Positions 31,912 to 39,774 of a DNA stretch of 64,000 nt are shown here, in pieces. The translations under genes were made by a program, and so were the position numbers. The stretch spans positions 448,001-512,000 of the forward strand of contig CAVUKB010000010.1 of NCBI GenBank assembly GCA_963741955.1, given 5' to 3'. Source of the DNA: an uncultured Acidobacteriota bacterium (GTDB lineage: Bacteria; Acidobacteriota; Thermoanaerobaculia; Gp7-AA8). The notes beneath the pieces are model-generated. The model searched no databases and was not told the DNA's origin. It was given only the letters and a program-made list of their open reading frames with translations. How positions within the stretch are numbered: position 1 is the first letter of the stretch; every line of letters begins with the position of its first letter.

Positions 31912-34101
31912 TCAGTTCCCCTTAACCTCCGGAACCTCTTTCAATCCCCGCTCGATCAGGAGCGGTTCCACGACCGCGTCACGGCCGCGGAACGCGCGGT
32001 ACATCTCCGCCGCGTCCATGGTCGATCCCTTCGAGAGGATCATGTCGCGGAAGCGTTGACCGTTCTCCCGCGTCATCCCGCCGTGCTCCTTGAACCAGTA
32101 GTACGCGTCCTGGTCGATCACCTCGCTCCAGAGATACGCGTAATACCCGGCCGAATAGCCGCCGGCCCAGATGTGCGAGAAGTACGTGGTGTGGTACCGC
32201 GGCGGAACCTCCGCGAGGTCGACCTTGTACTTCGCGAGCGCGTCGCGCTCGAACTTCACCGGATCCTGCTGCGGCGCGTCGGCCGGAAGGCTGTGCCACG
32301 CCATGTCGAGAAGTGCCGCTTCGAGATATTCGGTTGTCGCGAAGCCCTGGTTGAACGTCTTGACGCTCTTGATCCGCTCGACCAGTTCCTTCGGCATCGG
32401 CTTGCCCGTCTCGTAGTGCTTCGCGTAGTTCGCGAACACCGATGGCTCGAGCGCCCAGTGCTCATTGAACTGCGACGGCACTTCGACGAAGTCGCGCGAC
32501 AATCCGCCGTTCTGCGAGGGATAGGTCACATTCGAGAAAAGACTGTTCAGCGCGTGGCCGAACTCGTGGAACAGAGTGCCCACCTCGTCGAATGTGAGGA
32601 GCGCCGGTTGGCCGTCCGCCGGCCTGGTGATGTTGAGATTGTTCGTGACGATCGGTTTCGTCCCGAGGAGTTTGCTCTGGCCGACGAAGCCGCTGGACCA
32701 CGCGCCGCCGGCCTTGCCGGGGCGGGAGAAGTAGTCGCCGTAGAAGAGCGCGAGAGGCTTGCCGTCCTTGTCGAAGACCTCCCAGACCTTCACGTCGGGG
32801 TCGTAGACCGGGATGTCCTTCCGCGGCTTGAACGTGATTCCGTAGAGGCGGTTCGCGGCGTAGAAGACGCCGTCGTTCACGACCCGACTGAGCTCGAAGT
32901 AGGGGCGGACCGCCGCCTCATCGAGGTCGAAGTCGGCTTTTCGAACTTCCTCTGCGTAGAAGTCCCAATCCTGAGGAGCGAGTTTGAAGTCACCCTTCTG
33001 TGCATCGATCAGTTGCTGCATCCGCGCTGCTTCGGCGCGAGCCTTGTTCGTCGCGGCCGGAGCGATGTCGGTCAGGAGTTTGATGGCGTTCTCGGGGGTC
33101 TTGGCCATCCGGTCGTCGAGCTCGTACGCGGCGTGGGAGGAAAACCCCAGGAGCTTCGCCCTCTCTGCGCGGAGCTGGGCGAGGCGCGCCACGATCGGCC
33201 TGGTGTCGTACTCACCCTCGGTTCCGCGGGCGGAGGAGACGGCGAGAAGCCGTTCGCGCAGCGCGCGGTCGCGAAGAGAGGTGAGCGCCGGCTGGTGGGT
33301 GGTGTTCTGAAGGGTGATCACGTACTTCCCAGCGAGGCCTCGCGCCTTCGCCTTGGCGGCTGCGGTCGCGATGTCTGCATCGGAGAGGCCCTCGAGAAGA
33401 GCCTTGTCGTCGATCACGAGGGCCCCCGCGTTCGTCGCGGCGAGCACCTTCTGACGGAATTCGTTGGTGAGTTTCGACTGCTCTTTGTTGAGCTCACGGA
33501 GCTTCGACTTGTCGTCTTCGGAGAGAAGGGCGCCGGAGCGGACGAAGTCCTTGTAGTACGTCTCCACCAGCCGCTTCTGCTCGGGATTCAGCTTCAGCGT
33601 GTCGCGCTGGTCGTAGACCGCCTTGATCCGGGCGAAGAGCTTCGCGTTCAGATTGATCGCGTCGCGGTGCGCCGCCATCTCCGGCGCGAGGACGGTCTGG
33701 ACCTTCTGGATGTTCGGGTTGGTGTTCGACTGTGCGATCCCGAAGAAGACGCGTCCGACGCGGCGCAGCAGCTCGCCCGACTTCTCCATCGGAACGATGG
33801 TGTTGTCGAACGTCGGCGCTGTAGAGGCGTTGGCGATCGCCTCCACCTCGGCGAGCTCCTGCCGCATTCCTTCTTCGATGGCGGGCTGGAAGTCGCCATC
33901 CTTGATCTTGTCGAAGGGAGGGGCCTGGTAGGGGAGCGTACTCGCTTTGGCGAAGGGGTTGTTCTCGGTGAATGCAGGAGTATCCGACGGAGTGGCGGTC
34001 TGCAGCTTCGCGTCGGCCGACGGAGTCGGCGGTTTCTGGCCGAGTGCGACCACAGCGATGAAACAGAGCGCGAGGACGAGGGTGATGCGGAGATGATTCA
34101 T
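31912..34101 (-). CDS. M3 family metallopeptidase (Dcp-like), Sec signal peptide
   Basis: FHEFGH, DFVEVPSQFNE, GYSAGYYAYLWSEV. Confidence 0.95.
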   Translation of the reverse strand: MNHLRITLVLALCFIAVVALGQKPPTPSADAKLQTATPSDTPAFTENNPFAKASTLPYQAPPFDKIKDGDFQPAIEEGMRQELAEVEAIANASTAPTFDNTIVPMEKSGELLRRVGRVFFGIAQSNTNPNIQKVQTVLAPEMAAHRDAINLNAKLFARIKAVYDQRDTLKLNPEQKRLVETYYKDFVRSGALLSEDDKSKLRELNKEQSKLTNEFRQKVLAATNAGALVIDDKALLEGLSDADIATAAAKAKARGLAGKYVITLQNTTHQPALTSLRDRALRERLLAVSSARGTEGEYDTRPIVARLAQLRAERAKLLGFSSHAAYELDDRMAKTPENAIKLLTDIAPAATNKARAEAARMQQLIDAQKGDFKLAPQDWDFYAEEVRKADFDLDEAAVRPYFELSRVVNDGVFYAANRLYGITFKPRKDIPVYDPDVKVWEVFDKDGKPLALFYGDYFSRPGKAGGAWSSGFVGQSKLLGTKPIVTNNLNITRPADGQPALLTFDEVGTLFHEFGHALNSLFSNVTYPSQNGGLSRDFVEVPSQFNEHWALEPSVFANYAKHYETGKPMPKELVERIKSVKTFNQGFATTEYLEAALLDMAWHSLPADAPQQDPVKFERDALAKYKVDLAEVPPRYHTTYFSHIWAGGYSAGYYAYLWSEVIDQDAYYWFKEHGGMTRENGQRFRDMILSKGSTMDAAEMYRAFRGRDAVVEPLLIERGLKEVPEVKGN

Positions 34102-34205
34102 TCGGCGTTTCCTTCCACTGGCCGTACGGGGTCGATTCCCCGGTGGGCGCGCAAAGAATACGCCGGTTGCCCCCTCCGCGTCTGTGACGCTGCCGGCGGA
34201 CCGCA

Positions 34206-34450
34206 GCCCGGGCGGCTAACCCCAATGGCCCGAACTTCAGGGGCGCTGTGGGTGTCCACAGAGCAGATGCGCGGAGTTACTGCGCATCTGCCGCAGGTGT
34301 CGTCTCGTTGCGTTCTGAAGGCGATCTGCGCGGCCACGGCGGGAGCCGTGGCGCCCCTCGGAGAGGGGATCCTTTACTGCCCAGCAAGCTCGCGTCGACT
34401 CCCGGCTGACACGCTGATTTTGCTTAAGTTCGGGCCCGGGCGGCTAACCC
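34206..34450. other. Structured intergenic element (IRs, 17-bp direct repeat, three hairpins); MITE or ncRNA candidate
   Basis: IR GGCCCGAACTT(C/A)AG at 34227-34240 and 34423-34436; DR GCCCGGGCGGCTAACCC at 34206 and 34434. Confidence 0.55.
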
Positions 34451-34502
34451 GCACTTCTTACAACGTCTCTTCGCGACGAGACGTTGTGAGAAATGCGGGT
34501 TA
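34445..34502. repeat. 58-bp imperfect palindrome, MITE-like
   Basis: TAACCCGCACTTCTTACAACGTCTC...GAGACGTTGTGAGAAATGCGGGTTA. Confidence 0.75.
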
Positions 34503-34526
34503 AGGTCCCGCCGGCGAAAGGGTGCC

Positions 34527-34778
34527 CTACGCGAAATGCGCTTCGTTGGCGGCGATGGACGCCTGCTTGTCGGCCGGGACCTCGTCGAGTGCGAAGATCG
34601 CATCCGAGGTACAGGCGGGAACGCACGCGCCGCAGTCGAGGCATTCGGCGGGATTGATGTAGAGCTGCGTCGCCGTCTCGTAGTCGGGCTCGTCGGTGAG
34701 CGGACGGATCGACTCGTTGGGACACGTTTCGAGACAGAGACCGTCTTTGATGCAGTTGTCGGTGATTACGTAGGCCAT
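34527..34778 (-). CDS. Dicluster ferredoxin
   Basis: MAYVITDNCIKDGLCLETCP...CLDCGACVPAC; GGAG RBS. Confidence 0.93.
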   Translation of the reverse strand: MAYVITDNCIKDGLCLETCPNESIRPLTDEPDYETATQLYINPAECLDCGACVPACTSDAIFALDEVPADKQASIAANEAHFA

Positions 34779-35075
34779 GTTCGCTCCTGGTCGTCGAATT
34801 TTCGAATCGATGGTAGCGAAACGAGCCGGGAGACGGTGTCAGACGGATCACTGATCCGTATGACGGACGTCACGTTGGGGATAGAAGGGCTGCCGGAGAG
34901 CCGAGAAAGGGGTTCTGGAGCAGTCGGTGAGGAGTCGGGAACGGCCGCGGCTTCCGCCGTACGGCCCGCGGCGGCCCTCGGATGCAGACCAGAGCGCGGA
35001 TCGCTCGTCACGACCGGGGAGAGATACCGGCGGCTCCTTCCGGGGCGCCCGCGGAGGGTTCAGTTGGCGGCGCAA

Positions 35076-35239
35076 CGAGATCGAGCCTTTCCCGGATCCC
35101 GTCTTCGGTGCGGCGCGAGACATCGAAGACCTTCATTCCCGCTCTCACCGACTGGCTGTTCCGCATCATCGTCGCGGTCGAAGTCGACGCCCCGCGCGAG
35201 ATCGAGTTTGGTCACCACGGCGGCGTCGGTGGTGTTGAA
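35076..35239 (-). pseudogene. Frameshifted C-terminal relic of hydrogenase nickel-insertion GTPase HypB
   Basis: Manual translation FNTTDAAVVTKLDLARGVDFDR / MMRNSQSVRAGMKVFDVSRRTEDGIRERLDLV. Confidence 0.7.
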
Positions 35240-35282
35240 CGATCAATTCTCGGGTCGGGAGAGCGGAGACGCTCGCGAGACG

Positions 35283-35747
35283 CTACGGCCTGTAACCCGG
35301 GTCGGGGGTCAGGTCTTCACGGCAGGAGGCGTCGACGGCGAGCGCGTCGCAGCGCTCGTTCTCCGGATCGCCGGCGTGGCCGCGAACCCATTCGAAACGG
35401 ACTTCGTGCGTTTCGCAGAGGTCCAGCAGCGCTCCCCAGAGGTCGGGATTGGCGGCATGCTCCTTCGCGTTCCGGCGCCATCCTCTTGCGCGCCATTTCT
35501 TCGCCCATCCTTTGCTCATCGCGTCGACCACGTAGCGTGAGTCGGAATGAACCGTGACCCGGCAGGGCCGCTTCAGCGTGCGGAGCGCGGTGATCACGGC
35601 GAGCATCTCCATGCGGTTGTTAGTCGTTTCGAGATGTCCGCCGGCGATCTCCCGCCTATGTCCGGCGAAGAGGAGGACTGCGCCCCATCCTCCCGGTCCC
35701 GGGTTCCCGCGGCAGGCTCCGTCGGTATAGATCGTGACGTCCGGCAT
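35283..35747 (-). CDS. rnhA: Ribonuclease HI
   Basis: [45 protein letters not shown]. Confidence 0.97.
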   Translation of the reverse strand: MPDVTIYTDGACRGNPGPGGWGAVLLFAGHRREIAGGHLETTNNRMEMLAVITALRTLKRPCRVTVHSDSRYVVDAMSKGWAKKWRARGWRRNAKEHAANPDLWGALLDLCETHEVRFEWVRGHAGDPENERCDALAVDASCREDLTPDPGYRP

Positions 35748-35784
35748 CGGCGGCCGAGGATAGCAGAACCCGGCCGGGAGCGGC

Positions 35785-36342
35785 TCATGCGTTGACGGGT
35801 GCGGTCTCGACCGCCTGGACCTCCAGCTCGATCTTCACGTTGTTGCCGACGAGAATCCCACCGGTCTCGAGGGCCTGGTTCCACTTCAGTCCCCACTCGC
35901 GACGGTCGATCTCCGTCTTCGCGCTGATGCCGATGCGCTGCTTCCCCCAGGGATCCTTTCCCTTTCCGTCGAAGACGCACTCGAGGGTCACTTCGATCGC
36001 TTTCCCGCGAATGGTGAGCTCGCCGGTCACGCGGAAGCGGTCGCCTTCTTTCGACGTCGCCCCCTCCACTCGCTTGCTCCGGAACGTGATCTTCGGGTGA
36101 TTCTCGACGTCGAGGAAGTCCGCGGAGCGTAGGTGCGTGTCACGGTCGGTCACTCCGGTGTCGATGCTCGATGCGTCGATCTCGACCTCGACGTGCGATT
36201 TGTCGGCGTAGGGCTCGTCGACCTCGATCGCTCCAATCACGTTCTTGAAACGACCGCGGACCGTGGTGAACATCATGTGCTTGACCGCGAACTCGATGGT
36301 CGTGTGCGCGGGATCGATCTCCCATCTGCTGGTGCCTGCCAT
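35785..36342 (-). CDS. YceI family protein
   Basis: [34 protein letters not shown]. Confidence 0.95.
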   Translation of the reverse strand: MAGTSRWEIDPAHTTIEFAVKHMMFTTVRGRFKNVIGAIEVDEPYADKSHVEVEIDASSIDTGVTDRDTHLRSADFLDVENHPKITFRSKRVEGATSKEGDRFRVTGELTIRGKAIEVTLECVFDGKGKDPWGKQRIGISAKTEIDRREWGLKWNQALETGGILVGNNVKIELEVQAVETAPVNA

Positions 36343-36405
36343 GCTTGCCTCCAATCCGTGCAGAAGTGTCCCGTCGGGCGAGCGGCGGGAATCGCAAAGA
36401 ACCGA

Positions 36406-36420
36406 GCGAGCAGCGTGCCA
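36406..36420 (-). promoter_or_regulatory. Possible sigma-54 promoter of the yceI-like gene
   Basis: TGGCACGCTGCTCGC (GG-N10-GC) ~65 bp upstream of the start. Confidence 0.45.
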
Positions 36421-36446
36421 GGGGGAAACCTGATCGTTCCGATCGT

Positions 36447-36800
36447 TCACCAAACGGATGAAGGGAGAGACGATGACCGTCGGGTGGCCGCGGGAGTGCT
36501 CGGTATACCGTGGCGGGGAGCCGCTCGCCGACGAGAGCCGAGTTCGCTCCTGGCGCACATCCGCCGGATGAGCGCGTTGTATCGCGAGTGCGCGGAGTCG
36601 GAATCCTCCCGTGCGAGGAGATCGTACAGGCGGTGCTCCGGAAACTCGATACCGCGGTCAGGGACGTCGAGCCCGATCTCCCGGAGTCGCGGAGCGCCCA
36701 CGAGCAGGAGGAGCGCTTCGACCGACTCGTGGCCGTTCGCGAGGTCCTCGAGACCGGTGCGGACGAGCTCTTCTCCGGGGAGGGAGGTGATGTCGAACAC
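36447..36800 (-). CDS. Hypothetical protein, C-terminus possibly damaged
   Basis: LPGEELVRTGLEDL...GAPRLR...PEHRLYDLL...AHSRYNALIRR followed by a non-protein-like tail. Confidence 0.6.
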   Translation of the reverse strand: MFDITSLPGEELVRTGLEDLANGHESVEALLLLVGAPRLREIGLDVPDRGIEFPEHRLYDLLAREDSDSAHSRYNALIRRMCARSELGSRRRAAPRHGIPSTPAATRRSSSLPSSVW

Positions 36801-36829
36801 GAGAAGATTATACGTGCGGACGGCGCCGC

Positions 36830-37280
36830 GGCAGGGATGCCGGCGGTCCATGGAGCGTCCGCCACGAGTGGGCAGAGCCGAGGAGCGCCGGCTTCAAGCC
36901 GGCTGCGGTCAGGCCTCCGCGCCTGACCGGGAGGAGCTCGGGAGGTCTGATTGGATCTCGCATCGTGCAAGTTGGTGGTCTGTGGCGAAAAGGGGTGACG
37001 AGCACGGGATGCTCGCCACGAGCCGGCAGGGATGCCGGCGGTCCATGGAGCGTCCGCCACGAGTGGGCAGAGCCGAGGAGCGCCGGCTTCAAGCCGGCTG
37101 CGGTCAGGCCTCCGCGCCTGACCGCGAGGAGCTCGGGAGGTCTGATTGGATCTCGCATCGTGCAAGTTGGTGGTCTGTGGCGAAAAGGGGTGACGAGCAC
37201 GGGATGCTCGCCACGAGCCGGCAGGGATGCCGGCGGTCCGTGGAGCGTCCGCCACGACCCGGCAGGGATGCCGGCGATCC
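36830..37280. repeat. 195-bp tandem repeat (~2.2 units) of a second REP-like family
   Basis: Units start at 36830, 37025, 37220; contain inverted GGAGCGCCGGCTTCAAGCCGGC / GCCGGCAGGGATGCCGGCGGTCC. Confidence 0.93.
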
Positions 37281-37291
37281 TCAGCGCGACG

Positions 37292-37323
37292 AAAGAAAAG
37301 CCCCGCGACCGGAGTCGCGGGGC
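37292..37323 (-). terminator. Intrinsic terminator of the second M3 peptidase
   Basis: GCCCCGCGAC/GTCGCGGGGC stem followed by TTTTCTTT on the minus strand. Confidence 0.85.
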
Positions 37324-37349
37324 CGGGTCTACAGCATCAAGGATCGGGG

Positions 37350-39515
37350 TTACTCCACCGTCTTGGTGGCGGACTTCTGCAGCCCGCGCTCTTCGATCAG
37401 CGGCTCGACGCTCGGGTCGTGGCCCGCGAAGTCGCGGTACATCTTCGCCGCGTCTTCCGTCGATCCCTGCGACAGAATCATGTCGCGGAAACGTTGACCG
37501 TTCTCCCTCGTCATTCCGCCGTGATCGCGGAACCAGTAATAGGCGTCGTCGTCGAGTACTTCACTCCAGAGGTAGGAGTAGTAGCCCGCCGAGTAGCCCC
37601 CTCCCCAGATGTGGGAGAAGTACGTCGTGTGATACCGCGGTGGCACCTGCGCCATGTCGATGTTGAAGCGTTTCAGCGCAGCCGGCTCGAAGGTGTTCAC
37701 GTCCTGCAACGGCTGTCCCGGCGCGATGGTGTGCCAGGCCATGTCGAGCAGCGCCGCGGAGAGGTACTCGGTCGTGGCGTATCCCTGATTGAACGTCTTC
37801 GCTTTCTTGATCTTCTCCACCAGCTCCTGCGGCATCGGCTCCCCGGTCTTGTAGTGCTTCGCGTAGTTCGCGAAGACCGACGGCTCGAGAGCCCAGTGCT
37901 CGTTGAACTGGGAGGGGAACTCGACGAAGTCGCGCGGGACGTTCGTACCGGCGAGCGTCGGATACTTCACGTTGGAAAACATCCCGTGGAGCGCGTGACC
38001 GAACTCGTGGAACATGGTCGAGACGTCGTCGAAGCTCAGAAGGGCGGGCTGTCCCGGCGCAGGCTTCGTGAAGTTGGTCACGTTGAAGACGACGGGCTTC
38101 GTCCCGGTCAGGCTGTTCTGGTCGACGAAACTATCCATCCACGCGCCACCGCTCTTGTTCGGCCGCGCGAAGTAATCGCCGTAGAAGAGGGCCAGCGGCT
38201 TGCCGTCGGCGTCATAGACTTCGAACACCCGCACGTCCGGCTGGTAGACCGGGATGTCGTGGCGTTCCTTGAACGTGATGCCGTACATCTTGTTCGCGGC
38301 GTAGAAGACGCCGTTCTCCAGAACGTTGTTGAGCTCGAGGTACGGCTTGATCTGGGATTCATCCAGGTCGTACTCGGCTTTGCGCACCTTCTCGGCGTAG
38401 AACTCCCAGTCCTGCGGCCCGAGTGTGAACCCACCGTTCTGCGCGTCGATGATCTTCTGCATCGCCGCGGCCTCGGCGCGTGCCCTGGCGGTCGACGCGG
38501 GAACCAGGTCGGTCATCAGCTTGATCGCGTTGGCGGGTGTCTTCGCCATCTGGTCGTCGAGGACGTACGCGGCCCAGTCGGTGTATCCGAGGATCTTCGC
38601 CTTTTCGGCGCGGAGCTGGGCGAGACGCTCGACGATCGCCTTCGTATCGTACTTTCCGCCGTGGTTTCCTCGCGCGACGGAGGCGGCGAAAAGCTTCGTC
38701 CGCAGATCGCGGTTCTCAAGTGAGCCGAGGGCCGGCTGCTGGGTGGTGTTCTGGAGGGCGATGACCCACTTCCCGTCGAGTCCGCGCTCCTTCGCACGCT
38801 GTGCCGCGGCGGCGACGTCGCTCTCGGAGAGACCGCCGAGCTGCGAGCGGTCACTGACCACGACGGCGGAGTCCTTCGTATCGCCGAGGACGTGGTCGCG
38901 GAACTCGGTGGTGAGCGTCGATTCTTCCTTGTTCAGCTCACGAAGCCGTGCCTTCTGATCCTCGGGGAGCTCGGCTCCGGCGCGGACGAAGTTCTTGTAG
39001 TAGCGTTCGACGAGCCGCTGTTCTTCGGCGCCGAGGGAGGAACGGTCGTCGTAAATCGCCTTGACGCGCGCGAAGAGCGTCGGGTTGAGGTAGATCGCGT
39101 CCTGGTGTGCGGCGAACTTCGGCGCGACGTCCGCTTCGACTTTCTGGAGCGTGTCGTTGGTGTTCGCGCCGGTGAGGGCGAAGAAGACCTTCGCCACGCG
39201 GGTCAGGAGTGCCCCGGAACGCTCCATCGCGACGATCGTGTTGTCGAACGTCGCCGGCTCGGGGTCGTTGGCGATGTTCTCGATTTCTGCGATCTGCTGC
39301 TTCATCCCCTCTTCGAGGGCGGGCTGGTAGTCGCTGTCCTTGATCTGGTCGAAGGGGGGGGCCTGGAAGGGAAGAGTGCTTGCGGTGAAAAAGGGATTGG
39401 TGCGTGCTGGTGTCGTGGCGGCGGCCTCCGGTGCTGGTGTCGGTGTGGTTCCCTGCTGTGCGCAGGCGGCAAGAGCGAGTGAGGTCGCGATGGCTAGAAC
39501 GATTCGCGATTTCAT
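37350..39515 (-). CDS. M3 family metallopeptidase (Dcp-like), lipoprotein
   Basis: LAAC lipobox, FHEFGHALH, DFVEFPSQFNE. Confidence 0.95.
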   Translation of the reverse strand: MKSRIVLAIATSLALAACAQQGTTPTPAPEAAATTPARTNPFFTASTLPFQAPPFDQIKDSDYQPALEEGMKQQIAEIENIANDPEPATFDNTIVAMERSGALLTRVAKVFFALTGANTNDTLQKVEADVAPKFAAHQDAIYLNPTLFARVKAIYDDRSSLGAEEQRLVERYYKNFVRAGAELPEDQKARLRELNKEESTLTTEFRDHVLGDTKDSAVVVSDRSQLGGLSESDVAAAAQRAKERGLDGKWVIALQNTTQQPALGSLENRDLRTKLFAASVARGNHGGKYDTKAIVERLAQLRAEKAKILGYTDWAAYVLDDQMAKTPANAIKLMTDLVPASTARARAEAAAMQKIIDAQNGGFTLGPQDWEFYAEKVRKAEYDLDESQIKPYLELNNVLENGVFYAANKMYGITFKERHDIPVYQPDVRVFEVYDADGKPLALFYGDYFARPNKSGGAWMDSFVDQNSLTGTKPVVFNVTNFTKPAPGQPALLSFDDVSTMFHEFGHALHGMFSNVKYPTLAGTNVPRDFVEFPSQFNEHWALEPSVFANYAKHYKTGEPMPQELVEKIKKAKTFNQGYATTEYLSAALLDMAWHTIAPGQPLQDVNTFEPAALKRFNIDMAQVPPRYHTTYFSHIWGGGYSAGYYSYLWSEVLDDDAYYWFRDHGGMTRENGQRFRDMILSQGSTEDAAKMYRDFAGHDPSVEPLIEERGLQKSATKTVE

Positions 39516-39594
39516 TCAGATCCTTTCGTGAGCTGAATTGACCCCGCGGGGCGGGGTCAGGCCTCATGTGCTAACGGCGCGAGGGGCATGACGA

Positions 39595-39774
39595 ATTTCG
39601 GATTCCGGATTTCGGATTTTGGAAACGAGCTCGAGGCCGGCAAAACGGATCCGGCCGGCTGACGTCGATGACGCGCCAGAACGGAGAAACGCCGGCGGGG
39701 GGAGACCGCCGGCGCCTCATCCGTCGATCTACGTCGATCTACGTCGATCTACGTCGATCACTTCACGTCGATCT
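39595..39774. repeat. Short tandem repeats: ATTTCGG-like x4 and CGTCGATCTA x3-4
   Basis: Read directly at 39595-39622 and 39722-39774. Confidence 0.8.

Noticed and set aside
34440-34505. Integron attC site
   Set aside because: Ends GGCTAAC...GTTAAGG fit RYYYAAC/GTTRRRY imperfectly, and no integrase or cassette array is present.
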